DNA of 63,794 bases, filler included, from Chiloscyllium plagiosum (GCF_004010195.1; 7 parts of one record of this genome joined end to end with filler, not necessarily neighbours in it); one strand, 5' to 3'; shown: positions 47,873 to 61,444, counted from the whole stretch's first letter. The notes: a model not told the origin generated them from the sequence alone. Program-made: numbers and translations.

Positions 47873-50800
47873 TAACATAGAAAATAGGTGCAAGAGTTGG
47901 CCATTTGGCCTTTGAGCCTGCACAATCATTCAATACAACCATAGCTGATCATGCATTCCATTCCCACCTTTTCTTTAGGCACAAGGGCCACGTCTAGCTT
48001 CCTCTTGAATATATCTAATGAACTGGCCCCAACAGTTTTCTGTGAGAGAGAAATTCAACAGGTGCACAACTCTCTGAGTGAAGAAATTCTTTCTCATTTC
48101 AGTCCTGAATGGCTTACCCTTTATTCTTAGACTGTGATCCCTAGTTCTGGACTTTCCCAACATTGGGAACATTCTCCCTGCATTCAGCCTGCCTAGTCCC
48201 ATCATGTTTCCATAAGATCCCCCTCATTCTTCTAAGTTCCAGCAAATTCAAGACCAGTCGATCCAGTCCTTCCTCATATGTCAATCATGCCATCCCAGGA
48301 ATCAGTTTGGTGAACCTTTGTGTGTTCCCTCAATAGCAAGGATGTCCTCCCTCAGACTACGAGACCAAAAATGTACACAATACTCCTCAAGGCCCTGCAG
48401 CAAGATAGCTTTATTACAATACTCAAATCCTCTCATTATGAAGGCCATCATGGTATTAGATTAGATTATATTAGATTAGATTACATTACATTACAGTGTG
48501 GAAACAGGCCCTTAGGCCCAACAAGCCCACACTGACCCGCCGAAGCGCAACCCACCCATACCCCTACATTTACCCCTTACATAACACTACGTGCAATTTA
48601 GCATGGCCAATTCACCTGACCTGCACATCTTTGGACTGTGGGAGGAAACCGGAGCACCCGGAGGAAACCCACGCAGACAAGGGGAGAACGTGCAAACTCC
48701 ACACAGACTGAGGTGGGAATTGAACCCGGGTCTCTGGCGCTGTGAGGCAGCAGTGCTAACCACTGTGCCACCATGCCGCCCCAATTAGCTTTCCTCACCA
48801 CCTTCAGTGGTGGTGACCTTCAGTGCTAACCTTCAGTGACTGTTCCAACGTGACACCCAGACCTCATTACACCTCACCTTTTCCCAAACTTCCACCATTC
48901 AGATAATAATCTGCCTGTTTTTGCGATCAAAGTGGATAACCTCACATTTATCCACATTATGTTGCTTTTACCCACTCAGCCAGTCTGTCCAAGTCACCCT
49001 GCAGTCTCTAAGCATCTTCATCACAACACATACTACCACGCAGCTTAGTGCAAATTTGAAGATGTTACATTCAATTCCTTCGTCCAAATTGTTAATGTAT
49101 ATTGTGAACACCTGAGGTCCCAACACTGAACCCTGCATTACCCAACTTGTCACTGCCTGCCATGCTGAAAAGCACCCATTTATTCCACCTCTCTGCTTTC
49201 TGTCTGTCAAACAGTTCTGTATCCATGTCAATAAATTACTTTCAATACCAAGAGCTTTAATTTTCCTTACTAATCTCTTGTGTGGAACTTGTCAAAAGTG
49301 TTTTGAAAGTCCAGATACACAACATCTACAGATTCACTCTTGTCCACTCCACTGCTCACACTCTCAAAAAAGTCCATAAGATTTGTCAAGCATGACCCTT
49401 TAGTAAATCCGATTCTGTTACTGCTTTCCAAAAGTTCAGTTATAACATCCTTAATGATCAACTCAAGTATTTTCTCCATCACTGATGTCAGGCTAACCGG
49501 CCTATAGTTCCTCATTTTCTCTCTCCCTCCTATTTTAAAGAGTATAGTTACATTAGCTACACTTCAGTCCATTGGAATTCTTCCAGAGTCTACAGAATCC
49601 TGAAAAAGGATCACCAATGCATCTGTTATTTCTAGGGCCATTTCCTTAAGTACTCTGGGGACTTATCCAGTTTTAATCTCATCAATTTCTCCACACCATT
49701 TCCTGACTAATAAAGATTTCCTTCAGTTTCTCCTTCATTCTTGACCCTCTGTCACCCAGCATTTCCGAAAGTTTATTTGTGTCCTCCTTAGTGAAGACAG
49801 ATCCAAATTACTGGTTCAACTGGTCTGCCATTCTCTTTGTTGTCCGTTATGAATTCAGCTGATTCTAACTGCAAGAGACCGACATTTGTCTTCACAAGTC
49901 ATTTTCTCTTCACAAATATATAGAAGCCTTTGCAGTCAGTTTTTATGCTTTCAGCAAACTTACTTTCATATTCTATTTTCGCTTTCCAAGTTAAGCCCTT
50001 TGTCTTCCTTTGCTGAATTTTAAATTTCTCCCACTTCTCGGGTTTGCTGCTTTTTATGGCTAATTTATATGCCTCCTCTTTGGCTTTAATACTATCTCTT
50101 GTTAGCCATGGTTGAGTCACCTTCCCTGTTGTACTCTTATGCCAGACAGGGATGTACAATTGTTGGCATTCATCCACGTGTTCTTTAAACGTCTGCCGTT
50201 GCTTATCCACTGTCAACCCTTAAGTTCACTTGGTCAGCTTATCCTAGCCATGCATGTTTCATACCATCAAAGTTAACTTTCTTTAAGTTCAGGATGCTGG
50301 TTTCAAGCTTAATTGTGTCATTCTCAATTTTAATGAAGAATTCTACCATATTATGGTCACTTTCCCCAAAAGGATCTCATACCGCAATGTTGCTAATTAA
50401 TCCTTTTTCATTACACAATACCCAGTCTAATACGGCTTGCTCTTGAGTTGGTTCCTCAACATATTAGTCGAGGAAACCATCTCTCATAAATTCCACGAAA
50501 TTCTCCCCTATCATATTGCTTCCAGTCTGGTTAGTCCAATCAATGTGTAGATTGAAGCCACCCATAAAAACTGCTGTGCCCTTATAGCATGCATCTCTAA
50601 TTTCCTGTTTGATACAGTCCCCAACATCACAACTACTGTTTGGTGGTCTGTACACAACCCCTACTAACATATTTTTACCTTTGGTGTTCCACAGCTCCAC
50701 CCAAACTGATTCCACATCATCCAGGCTAATATCCTCCCTTAAGGAGGGTTAATCTCCTCCTTAACTAGCAACACGAATCCACCATCCTTTCCTTTCCATC

Positions 50801-51045
50801 TTTCCTGAAAATTGAGTTCCCATCCTTGACCACCCTGGAACCAGGTCTCTTAGACCCAACTACATATAATCCATTATTAACTGTTTGTGCAGTTAATTCA
50901 TCCACCTTATTACAAATGCTCCTCGCATTGAGACCCAGAGCCTTCAAGCTCATTTCTTTGACATTTATTGCCATTGTAGTATCATTGTGAAACATGGCCC
51001 TTTTTGATTTTTGTCTTTGGTTTCTCTGCCTTCCACTTCCACTTT
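47873..51045 (-). mobile_element. Near-complete degenerate CR1 ORF2 with a nested HE1 SINE
   Basis: LNARSICNKVDEL, GVVYRPPN, NYRPVSLTSV and QGSVLGP. Confidence 0.9.
48455..48781 (-). mobile_element. HE1-type V-SINE, young
   Basis: ggcggcatggtggcacagtggttagcactgctgcc head on minus and an extended (taatc)n tail. Confidence 0.9.
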
Positions 51046-51806
51046 TAGAGTCATAGAGATGTACAGCATGGAAACAGACCCTTCGGTCCAACTCGTCCAT
51101 GCCGACCAGATATCCCACCCCAATCTGGTCCCACCTGTCCATATCCCTCCAAACACTTTCTATTCATATACCCATCCAAATGCCTTTTAAATGGTGCAAT
51201 TGTACTAGCCTCCACCACTTCCTGTGGCAGCTCATTCCATTCAAGAACCACCCTCTGTGTGAAAAGGTTGCCCCTTAGGTCTCTTTTAAATCTTTCCCCT
51301 CTCACCCTAGACTTATGCTCTCTAGTTCTGGAACTCCCCACCCCAGGGAAAAGACTTTGTCTATTTATCCTATCCATGCCCCTTATGATTTTATAAATCT
51401 CTATAAAGTCACCCCTCAGCCTCCGGTGCTCCAGGGAAAACGGCCCCAGCCTGTTCAGCATCTCCCTATAGCTCAAATCCTCTAACCCTGGCAACATCCT
51501 TGTAAATCTTTTCTGAACCCTTTCACTCCCTAGGACCTTACCATTAAGTGTATAAGTCCTGCTAAGATTTGTTTTCCCAAATTTATCTAAATTAAACTCC
51601 ATCTGCCATTCCTCAGCCCATTGACCCATCTAATAAAGATTCCATTGTATTCTGAGGTAACCTTCTTCATTGTCCACTGCACCTCCAATTTTGGTGTCAT
51701 CAGCAAACTTACTAATGCTTACACTCCAAATCGTTTATATAAATGATGAAAAGTAGTGGACCCAGCACTCATCCTTGTGGCACTCCACTGCTCACAGGCC
51801 TCCAGT
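51046..51806 (-). mobile_element. CR1 3' fragment
   Basis: WAEEWQMEFN and ERVQKRFTRMLPGL. Confidence 0.88.
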
Positions 51807-53440
51807 CAAACAGTCAGGCCAGGCAGGGACAAAGGAGAGAACAAGGTAGGACTGATAAATTAAGCTGTATTATTTCAATGCAAGAGGCCTAACAGGGAAG
51901 GCAGATGAACTCAGGGCATGGTTCGGACTGGGATATCATTGCAATTACAGCAACATGGTTCAGGGATGGACAGGACTGGCAGCTTAATGTTCCAGGATAC
52001 AAATGCTACAGGAAGGACAGAAAGGGAGGCAAGCAAGAAGGGGAGTGGCGTTTTTGATAAGGGATAGCATTAAAGCTGTACTCACAGAGGATATTCCTGG
52101 AAATAGATCCAGGGAGGTTCTTTAGGTGGAATTGAGAAATAAGAAAGGGACGATCACCTTATTGGGATTGTATTATAGACCCCCTAATAGTCAGAGGGAA
52201 ATTGAGAAAAAATTTGTAAGGAGATCTCAGTTATCTGTAAGAATAATAGGTGGTTATGGTAGGCGCTTTTAACTTTCCAAACATAGATTGGGACTATGTT
52301 AAGGGTTTAGATGGGGAGGAATTTGTTAAGTGTGTACAAGAAAATTTTCTGATTCAGTATGTCGATGTACCTACAAGAGAAGGTGCAAAACATGACCTAC
52401 TCTTGGGAAATAAGGCAGGGCACGTGACTGAGGTGGCAGTGGGGGAGCACTTTGGGGCTAGCGACCATAATTCTATTAGTTTTAAAACAATGATGGAAAA
52501 GGATAGACCAGGTCTAAAAGTTGAAGTTCTAAATTGGAGGAAGGCCAATTTTGATGGTATTAAGCAAGAACTTTCAGAAGCTGATTGGGCACAGATGTTC
52601 GCAAGTAAATGGACGGCTGGAAAATGGTAAGCCTTCAGAAATGAGATAACGAGAATCCAGAGAAAGTATATTCCTGTTAGGGTGAAAGGGAAGGCTGTTA
52701 GGTATAGGGAATGCTGGATGACTAAAGAAATTGAGGGTTTACTTAAGAAAAAGAAGGAAGCATATGTCAGGTATAGACAGGATAGATCGAATGAATCCTT
52801 AGAAGAGTATAAAGGCAGTAGGAGTACACTTAAGAGGGAAATCAGGAGGGCAAAAAGGGGACATGAGATAGCTTTGGCAAATAACATTAAGGAGAATCCA
52901 AAGAGTTTTTACAAAGACATTAAGGACAAAAGGGTAACGAGAGAGAGAATAGGGCCCCTAAAAGATCAGCAAGGCACCCCTGTGTGTGGAGCCACAGGAG
53001 ATGGGGCAGATACTAAATGAGTTTTTTGCATCAGTATTTACTGTGGAAAAGGACATGGAAGATATAGAATGCAGAGAAATAGATTGTGACATCTTGAAAA
53101 ATGTCCATATTACAGAGGAGGAAGGTCTGGATGTCTTGAAACGCATAAAATTGGATAAATCATCAGGACCTGATCAGGTGTACCCCAGAACTCTGTGGGT
53201 AGTTAGGGAAGTGATTGCTGGGCCTCCTGCTGAGATATTTGTGTCATTGATAGTCACAAGTGAGGTGCCAGAAGACTGGAGGTTGGCTAACATGGTGCCA
53301 CTGTTTAAGAAAGCTGGTAAGGAGAAGCCAGGGAACTAAAGACCAGCGAGCCTGACATCGGTGGTGGGCAAGTTGCTGGAGGGAATCCTGAGAAACAGGA
53401 TGTATGTGTATTTGGAAAGGCAAGCACTGATTAGGGATAA
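51807..53440 (+). mobile_element. CR1 ORF2 5' half (APE to RT start), frameshifted
   Basis: FNFPNIDW, ASDHNSI, IKENPKSFY and EDWRLANMVPLFKK. Confidence 0.9.
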
Positions 53441-53856
53441 AAGAGGTAAAAACAATGACTACAGATGCTGGAAATCAGATTCTGGATCAGTGGTGCTGGA
53501 AGAGCACAGCAATTCAGGCAGCATCTGACGAGCAGCAAAATCGACGTTTCGGGCAAAAGCCCTTCANNNNNNNNNNNNNNNNNNNNNNNNNNNNNNNNNN
53601 NNNNNNNNNNTTAATTAATTAANNNNNNNNNNNNNNNNNNNNNNNNNNNNNNNNNNNNNNNNNNNNCACCTTGACCTCCTTCCACCTATCGCATTTCCAA
53701 CACCCCTCCCCCAAGTCCCTCCTCCCTACCTTTTATCTTAGCTTGCTGGACACACTTTCTTCATTCCTGAAGAAGGGCTCATGCCCAAAACGTCGATTCT
53801 CCTGCTCCTTGGATGCTGCCTGACTTGTTGCGCTTTTCCAGCAACACATTTTCAGC
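53441..53856. mobile_element. PLE terminal repeats flanking a gap in opposite orientations
   Basis: tcgacgtttcgggcaaaagcccttca (part of a minus-strand hammerhead) and cctgaagaagggctcatgcccaaaacgtcg (+, GAAA mutated). Confidence 0.75.
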
Positions 53857-53919
53857 AAAAAGCCTATTTCCACACTGTCGGAATTCTATAATGCTCTGAT
53901 ACTCCAGAGCAGTTAGGAA

Positions 53920-54480
53920 TTAGGGCCAGCTAGCAATGCCCTGATTCCAATGTACAAAACAATAGCATGTGACATTTGAGGCAAGCCAGACTCCCTCAGG
54001 ATTATTCATTAGCTTCAAGGATTTTCTTCTCTGAAAACACAATAAGATTTTTATGTGGTGTGTGCAAGATTCCAAGGCAGCTGCGGTTCTGCTTTTCCCG
54101 TGTGGCAATTCATCTCCTAATTTCTTCACACCTCCACACTTAGCACCTGCTTGTTCTGAGACTAGAGTACTAAAAGTAAGCCTTGTTGTTGCCTCCGAGA
54201 AACCCCAATCACTGAGGCTAAGAAATGATATAACGTGAGCTACATGACAGCCCAAAGTATCGTTAAGTGGACTGTCAAAGTAGTGCAACCGTACTTCAGA
54301 TTACTGTACAGATTGAGGAGTCGCCAATGCATACCAGCTAGGATTATCATGGCGCACTGTGCTCTGCACAACATTACACAGCAGTGAGCTTTGGACCAGC
54401 AGGAGGAACAAGATGTGGATACTTTTGATGATTGCAAGAAGGAAGAAGAACTGAAACATAATGTGACAAAGACTCCAGCA
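53920..54480 (+). pseudogene. Decayed PIF/Harbinger (HARBI1-like DDE_Tnp_4) transposase
   Basis: Across frames: VCARFQGSCGSAF, PNFFTPPH, PITEAKK*YNVSY...YFRLLYR and ARIIMAHCALHNITQQ. Confidence 0.75.
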
Positions 54481-54519
54481 GCAATGAACAGTTTTGTTTT
54501 CCAGAAAGGTCCTTTTTAT

Positions 54520-55810
54520 ACTCTTTTATGGGTTAAGGGAATCATTGGCTAGCCAGCATTTGTTGACTATTCCCAATTGCCCTTGAACTGATTGACTTGC
54601 TTGGTCATTTCAGAGGGCATTTAAGAGTTAGTCACATTGCTTTGGGTCTGGAATCACATCTAAACCAGGTAAGGATAACCATTGTTCTTACCTAAGGGAC
54701 ATTAGTAAACAAATGGGTTTTTACAACTACTGACAATAGTTGTCATGGTCACCTTTACTGAGACTCACTTTCAGCCCCAGATTTTTGATGAATTGAATTT
54801 AAATTCCATCAGCTGCAATGGTAGGAAAGCATTGTCATCAAAGCATTAACTTGGTGGCAAGGTTGCTCAGTAGTTAGCACTGCTACACTCATCCACAGAT
54901 TCAATCAATAAGCACATCGACCTGGACCCAATATACCGACCACTGCAATGGACAGCTGGAACTGACAACCGGAAACGGCAGATTCAAACCACTACAAATG
55001 CCGGAGGAAAGATCACAGAAGTGCTTCAAAGGAGGCTCCCAAGCACTGAGGATGTTACCTATACAGGGGACGAAACGTCTGCAACACAAATGTGTTCTCT
55101 CACAGCGCCAGAGAACCGGGTTCAATTCCCGCCTCAGGCGACTGACTGTGTTGAGTTTGCACATTCTCCCCGTGTCTGCGTGGGTTTCCTCCGGGTGCTC
55201 CGGTTTCCTTCCACAGTCCAAAAATGTGCAGGTATGAATTGGCCATGCTAAATTGCCCATAGCTTTAGGTGCAGGGGTAAATGCAGGGGAATGGGTCTGG
55301 GTGGAGTTCGCTTCGGTGGGTCGGTGTGGACTTTTTGGGCCGAAGGGCCTGTTTCCATACTGTAAGTAATCTAATCTAATCAAATTCCCAGCTCGGCGAA
55401 CAGAACCACAACAACGAGCACCCGAGCTACAAATCTTCTCACAAACTTTGAATTGCTACCTCACAGTGCCTGGGACCTGGGTTCAGGTGATTGTGTGGAG
55501 TTTGTACATTCTCATCATGTCTGCATGGGTTTTCATTGGGTACGACTGTTTCCTCCCAAGGTCCAAAGATGTGCAGATTGAGTGGATTAGCCATGCTAAA
55601 TTGCCCATAATGTCCAGGAATGTGTAAGCTAGGTGGATTAGCCATGGGAAATACAGGGTTACCGGGATAAAGTAGTGGGTGCATCTGGGTGGGGTGTTCT
55701 TTGGAGGGGGCGGTGTGGATTCAATGAGCCAAATGGCCTTCTTACACATTGTTGGAATTCTAGGATTCTGGATTACTAGTCCAGTGACATTGCCACTATG
55801 GCACCATCCT
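54520..55810. mobile_element. Four-level nest: tRNA-SINE(-) > V-SINE(+) > PLE 3' end(+) > HE1 SINE(+)
   Basis: The outer SINE breaks at ~54853/55765, the V-SINE at 54888/55452 (tgctac duplicated) and the PLE at ~55092/55381. Confidence 0.75.
55043..55082 (+). ncRNA. Minimal hammerhead motif (same family as 27836)
   Basis: gca-CTGAGGA-t-gttacct(atac)aggggac-GAAA-cg-TC-tgc. Confidence 0.65.
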
Positions 55811-55821
55811 CTCTTATAATT

Positions 55822-56036
55822 GAGCTGAAAATGTGTTGCTGGAAAAGCGCAGCAGGCCAGGCAGCATCCAAGGAACAGGAGAATCGACGCTTCGGGCACA
55901 AGCCCTTCCCCTGGGGAAGGGCTTGTGCCCGAAGCGTCGATTCTCCTGTTCCTTGGCTGCTGCCTGACCTGTTGCGCTTTTCCAGCAACACATTTTCAGC
56001 TCTGATCTCCAGCATCTGCAACCCTCACTTTCTCCT
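55822..56036. mobile_element. Palindromic PLE-derived mini-element (90-bp arms, 1-nt loop at 55912) with TSD
   Basis: 55822-55911 versus 55913-56002 with 3 mismatches. Direct repeat tcctctcttataattgag at 55807-55824 and 56033-56050. Confidence 0.9.
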
Positions 56037-56549
56037 CTCTTATAATTGAGTTTAGTTTAGGTGCTACTGGTCAATTTAGGTGACTGGCACATTAAAAGCC
56101 ACATTTCCCATTATCCTTTATTCCCTCTATCACAATCCTGTAAACAGCCAACTATCCCAATCGCAGCCCTTTAATGTTGAATCTTGTACAATATTTTATG
56201 ACAAGTGAAAAGGTCTCTTGCTAAGAAATCACAAGAAATTGGGTAACAACAGAAAGTGATGGAAAGAAATAGTATTTATATGTAACAAAATAAAGCAGGA
56301 ACATAACAATCAAAAAATGTACAATGAACCCATGTATGTTCCTATTGTATAACACCATTTTTTTACACTTTCTCTTCACCAATTCTATATGGTACAACCT
56401 CTGTTGCATCAGCAGAGTTAGAGCTCAGATCCCTGACCTGACTGCTGACATGCAGGCCATGAGTTTCTGGACAACAGAAGACCCTGACAAATGTTCCACC
56501 AGTATTCATGCAGGCATGGACTCAAAGATCAGGCATTACAGTCTTGAAC

Positions 56550-57300
56550 AATGTTAATTGTCCAATCCTAATTGTTCTTGAGAAGGTGCCATTGTGCTGC
56601 CATTTTGAAATGCTACAATCTATATGTTGAAGAAACACCCACAATGCTGTGAAAAATGGAGTTCCAGAATATCAATTAATGACAGTGAAGAAACAGTCAT
56701 ATTGTTCCAAGTCAGAAGGGTGTGTGATTTCGACGGGGATTTGCAGATGGTGGTATTCTCTTCCACCTGCTGCCCCTGTCCTTTGAGGTCAAAGCTTTCC
56801 AAACATTTTCCCAATGTGACCATTTTGAGTCTTGAAAATTGGTGTGAAATCTCTGTGAGAACTGTGAGAACAAGGTTAGGGTTATAATTGGGAATGGGAA
56901 TACATATGAGACCAAAAGGATGGGGGATGGAAGACCTGTGAGAAGAAGCATGAGCAGTGTCATGACAGTCATTATTGCCTCTGAGTTTATGACTACAAAA
57001 CTTTACCTTGAATTGGGTCTACTTAGCATCTCAACCACCTCTTCGGGAATCCCTGTTTTTGGTGGTAGAATTTGTGGATTTGGAAGGTGCTATCAAAGAA
57101 GCTGTGGTGATTTATTACAGTTCATCTTGTTGATGGTACAAAGTGCTGCCATTGTGCCTCAACGTTGGAGGGATTCAATGTTTAAAGTGATAGATTGTGT
57201 GCCAATCAGGCAAGTTGCTGAATGCTGTCAAGATTCTTCAGAGGTCCTGCTCTCTTCCAGGCAAGTAGAGTATTCTGTCAGTTGTAAAATAGCTGAAAGG
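56550..57300 (-). mobile_element. Old LINE 3' fragment (CR1/L2-like); related piece at ~8170-8380
   Basis: Shared cctaattg-cttgagaaggtg...ccaagtcagaagggtgtgtga motif. Confidence 0.5.
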
Positions 57301-57309
57301 TCATCTGAC

Positions 57310-60300
57310 ATAGAACATAGAACAGTTCAGAACAGCACAGACCCTTCATCCCTTGATGTTGTGCCGGCATTTTATCCTACTCTAAGATCAACTAACCTCT
57401 AGCCCCTTCATTGTACTAACTTCCATGTGCTGATCCAAGAGTCACTTAAATTAATGTATCTAACTCTACTACCACTGCTGGGGGTGCATTCCATACACCC
57501 ATCACGCTGACATTTCCCCTAAACCTTCGTCCAATTACCTTAAAATTATGCCCGCTCATGATAGACATTTCTGCCATGGGAAAAATCGCTGGTTATTCAA
57601 TCTATCTATGCCTCGCAACATCTTGTACACCTCTATCAAGTCACCTCTCATCCTTCTTCGCTCCAATGAGAAAAGACCTAGCTCCCTCAACCTATCTTCA
57701 AAGGACATGCCATCCAGTCCAGGCAGCATCCTGGTAAATCTCCTCTGCACTCTCTCTAATGCTTCCACGTATTTCCTATAATGAGGCGACCAGAACACGA
57801 ACACAATATTCCAAGTGTGGTCTAACCAGGATTCGATAGAGCTGCAAAACCTTCTTAACAATCCTATCAACCTGGGTGAAAACTTTGAGGGAACTATGGA
57901 CATAGACCCCAAATCCCTCTGTTCCTCCACACTGCAGAGAATCCTGCATTTAACCCTGTATTCTGCATTCAAATTCAATCTTCCAAAGTGAATGACTTCA
58001 TACTTTTCTGGGGTGAACTCCATCTGCCACTTATCAGCCCAGTTCTGCAACCTGTCAATGTGTCATTGACGGCTACAACAGCCCTCCACACTATCTACAA
58101 CTCCACCAACTTTTGTGTCATCGGAAAACTTACTAACTCACCTTAAGGAGCCCTGTCTGATCCTTGCCTCCTCAATCTTAAGTAAGCTTTCTTCTTCCTC
58201 TTGATTAGTTGTTCCACATACCTTGTCAGCTTGTCTTTCAACCTACCATCACTTCCTTGCCTCAGTGGGACAATTCTGTCCAGCACTATCAGCAAGTGCT
58301 TCCTAAACAATTTCCACATTTCTGTTGTACATTTCCCTGAGAACATCTGTTCCCAATTTAGATGCCCCAATAGCATTGTAATCCCGCTCCCCCAATTAAA
58401 TATTTTCCCATATTGTCTGCACCTATCCTTCTCCATGAGTAGAGTAAAAGTTGTGATCACTAACAGCAAAAAGCTCTCCCACCGAGTGATCTGACACCGG
58501 CATGGTTCATTGCCAGGCTCCAAATCTAATATGGCCTCCCCTCTCGTGGACCTATCTACATATTGTATCAGGAAATCTTCCCAGCCACCTTGACAAAAAC
58601 TGTTCCATCCAAACTATTTGAACTAATAGGTTCAAATATTAGAGAAACTAAAGTCACCATGACAACTTCCTCATCCAAGTCATTTAGATTAGATTAGATT
58701 TCCTACAGCGTGGAAACAGGCCCTTTGGCCTAACCAGTCCACACCGACCCTCTGAAGAGTAACTCACCCAGACCCATTTCCCTCTGACTAATGCACCTAA
58801 CACTATGGGCAATTTAACATGGCCAATTCACCTGACGTGCACATCTTTGGACTGTGGGAGGAAACCAGAGTACCCAGAGGAAACCCATGCAGACATGAGG
58901 AGAATGTGCAAACTCCACACAGACAGTCAGCCGAGGCTGGAATCGAACCTAGGACCCTGGTGTTGTGAGGCAGCAGTGCTAACCACTGTGCCACCGTGCC
59001 ACACTGAAAATCACAAAGAGCAGAGGTCCCAGAACAGATCCCTGCAGAACACCACTGGTCACCAAGCTCCAGGGTGAATACTTCCAATCTATCACCGCCC
59101 TCGGTCTTCTCTGAGCCAGCCAATTCTGCATCCAGACAGACAGGCTTCCCTATATCCCATCCTCCTTACTTTCTGAATAAGCCTACCATGGGGAACCTTA
59201 TGAAGCACCTTGCTAAAATCCATGTACAACACATCCGCTGCTCTACTTTCATCAACGTGTTTTGTCACATCCTCAAGGAATTCAATAAGGTTTGTGAGGC
59301 ATGACCTGGCCCTCACAAAGTCATGCTGACTGTCTCTAATCAAACTATGCTTTTCCAAATAATCATAGATCCTGTCTCTCAGAATCCCCTCCAATACTTT
59401 ACCCTCCACGGACGTGAGACTGACTGGTCTGTAATTCTCAGAATTATCCCTATTTTCTTTCTTGAACGAGGTACTAACATTTGCCACCCTCCATTTACCT
59501 GGCAGTACTCCAGTGAACAGTGAGGATGCAAATGTAGAGCAATCTGTTCCCTCACTTCCTGTAGTAACCTAGGGTATATTCCATCTGGCCCAGGGGATTT
59601 ATCTTTCCTTATGTTTTACAAAATTGTCAGCACATTGTCCTTCCTAACAGCAGCCTCTTCTACCATATCAGTCTGTTTCATGCTGTCCTCAAAAATATCA
59701 AGGTCTCTCTCAGTAGTGAATGCTGAAGCAAAGTATTCATTAAGGATCTCCTCTATTTCCTCCATCTCCAGGCACAAGTTCCTTCCATTATCCCTGATTG
59801 GCCCTACCCTCACTCTAGCCATCGCCTTGTTCCTCACATAAGTGTAGAATGCCTTAGGGTTTTCCTTAATCCTACCTGCTAAAGCTTTTTCACATCCCCT
59901 TCTAGCTCTCTTAAGTCCATTCTTCAGTTCCTTCCTGGCTACCTTGTAACCCTCTAAAGCCTATCTGATCCTTGCTTCCTCAACCTTAAATAAGTTTCCT
60001 TCTTCCTCTTGACTCGATGTTCCACATCCTTTGTCAGCCAAGGTTCTTTCAACCTACCATCACTTCCTTGCCTCAGTGGGACAATCCTGTCCAACACTAT
60101 CAGCAAGTGCTTCCTAAACAGCCTCTACATTTCTGTTGTGCATTTCCCCGAGGACATCTGTTCCCAATTTAGGTGTCCCCCCAGTTCCAATTTAATAGCA
60201 TTGTAATCCCCCTCCCCTAATTAATTACTTTTTCATACCATCTGCCCCTATCCCTCTCTGTGAGTATAGTAAAAGTCATGGATTTGTAATCACTATTGCT

Positions 60301-61190
60301 GAAATGTTCTCCCACTGAGAGATCTGACACCTGGCATGGTTCATTGCCAGACTCCAAATCCAATATGGCCTCCCCTCTCGTCGGCCTATCTACATATTGT
60401 ATCAGGAAACCTTCCTGGCCACCCTGACAAAAACTGCTCCATCCAAACTATTTGAACTAATAGGTTCAAATATTAGGGAAGTTAAAATCACCCATGACAA
60501 CAACCCTGTTACATCTGCACCTTTCCAAAATCTGCCTCCAAATCTGCTCCTCCACATCTCTGTTGCTATTGGGGTCCTGTAGAAAACTCCCAATAAAGTG
60601 ACTGCTCCTTCCCTGTTTCTGACTTCCAGCCATACTAACTGTAGACAAATCTTCCTCGATGATCTCCCTTTCTGCAGCTGTGATACTATCCCTGATGAGC
60701 AATGCTACTCCTCCACCTCTTTTACCTTCCTCCCTATTCCTTTTCAAACATCTAAACCCTGGAAAATTGAAGAACCAATCCTGCCCCGTGATATCCAAGT
60801 CTCTGTAATGGCCATAACATCATAGTTCCAAGTACTGGTCTATGCTCTGAGTTCATCAACCTTATTCCTGACACATTTTGCATTAAAATAGACACACTTC
60901 AACCCATCACACTGACTTCACCTTTGGCCTATTAAGTGCCCATCCCTCCTCACTCTCTGCACACTGTATCTGGCTGTTCATTACCTACTCCATCATCTGA
61001 TCCATAGCTCAGGTTCCCACCCCCTGCCAATCTAGTTTAAACCCTTTTGAAGAGCTCTAGCAAACCTCCCACCCCTCCAGTTCAGGTGCAACCCATCCTT
61101 CTTGTACAGGTCCCACTTTCCCTAAAAGGTATTCTAATGGTCCACATATCTGAAGCCCTCCCTCCTACACTGTCTCTGGTCCTCTACCTC
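57310..61190 (-). mobile_element. Long degenerate CR1 (ORF1 end, APE, RT, 3' tail) with a nested HE1 SINE (58685-59001) and an internal duplication
   Basis: GGGVALLIRD, VVMGDFNFPNI, NYRPVSLTSV and WADKWQMEF. Confidence 0.9.
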
Positions 61191-61444
61191 TTTTGCATTT
61201 TGCATGCTTCTTTCCTGCAAGGAGACCTGTAAGTGAGAGTAACGGATGTGTTGAATGTTAGATTAAAAAGTATTTATTGAGGTAGTAATGAAGGAGTAGC
61301 ATACACTTCATAAATGTAAATGGCGGTGGTAGATGGACAGACAAGTGTGGGAGAAAGGATGTATACACCAACAAGATTGGTTGTTGTGAAGAAATGGTGT
61401 GCTGAAGAAGGCTTGAGAAGGTAGTTGAATATGCCACTGTCCTC

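Noticed and set aside
53762..53797. Functional hammerheads at 53762, 31750, 46550 and 9148
   Set aside because: The GAAA core or the stems are mutated, so they are recorded only as relics.
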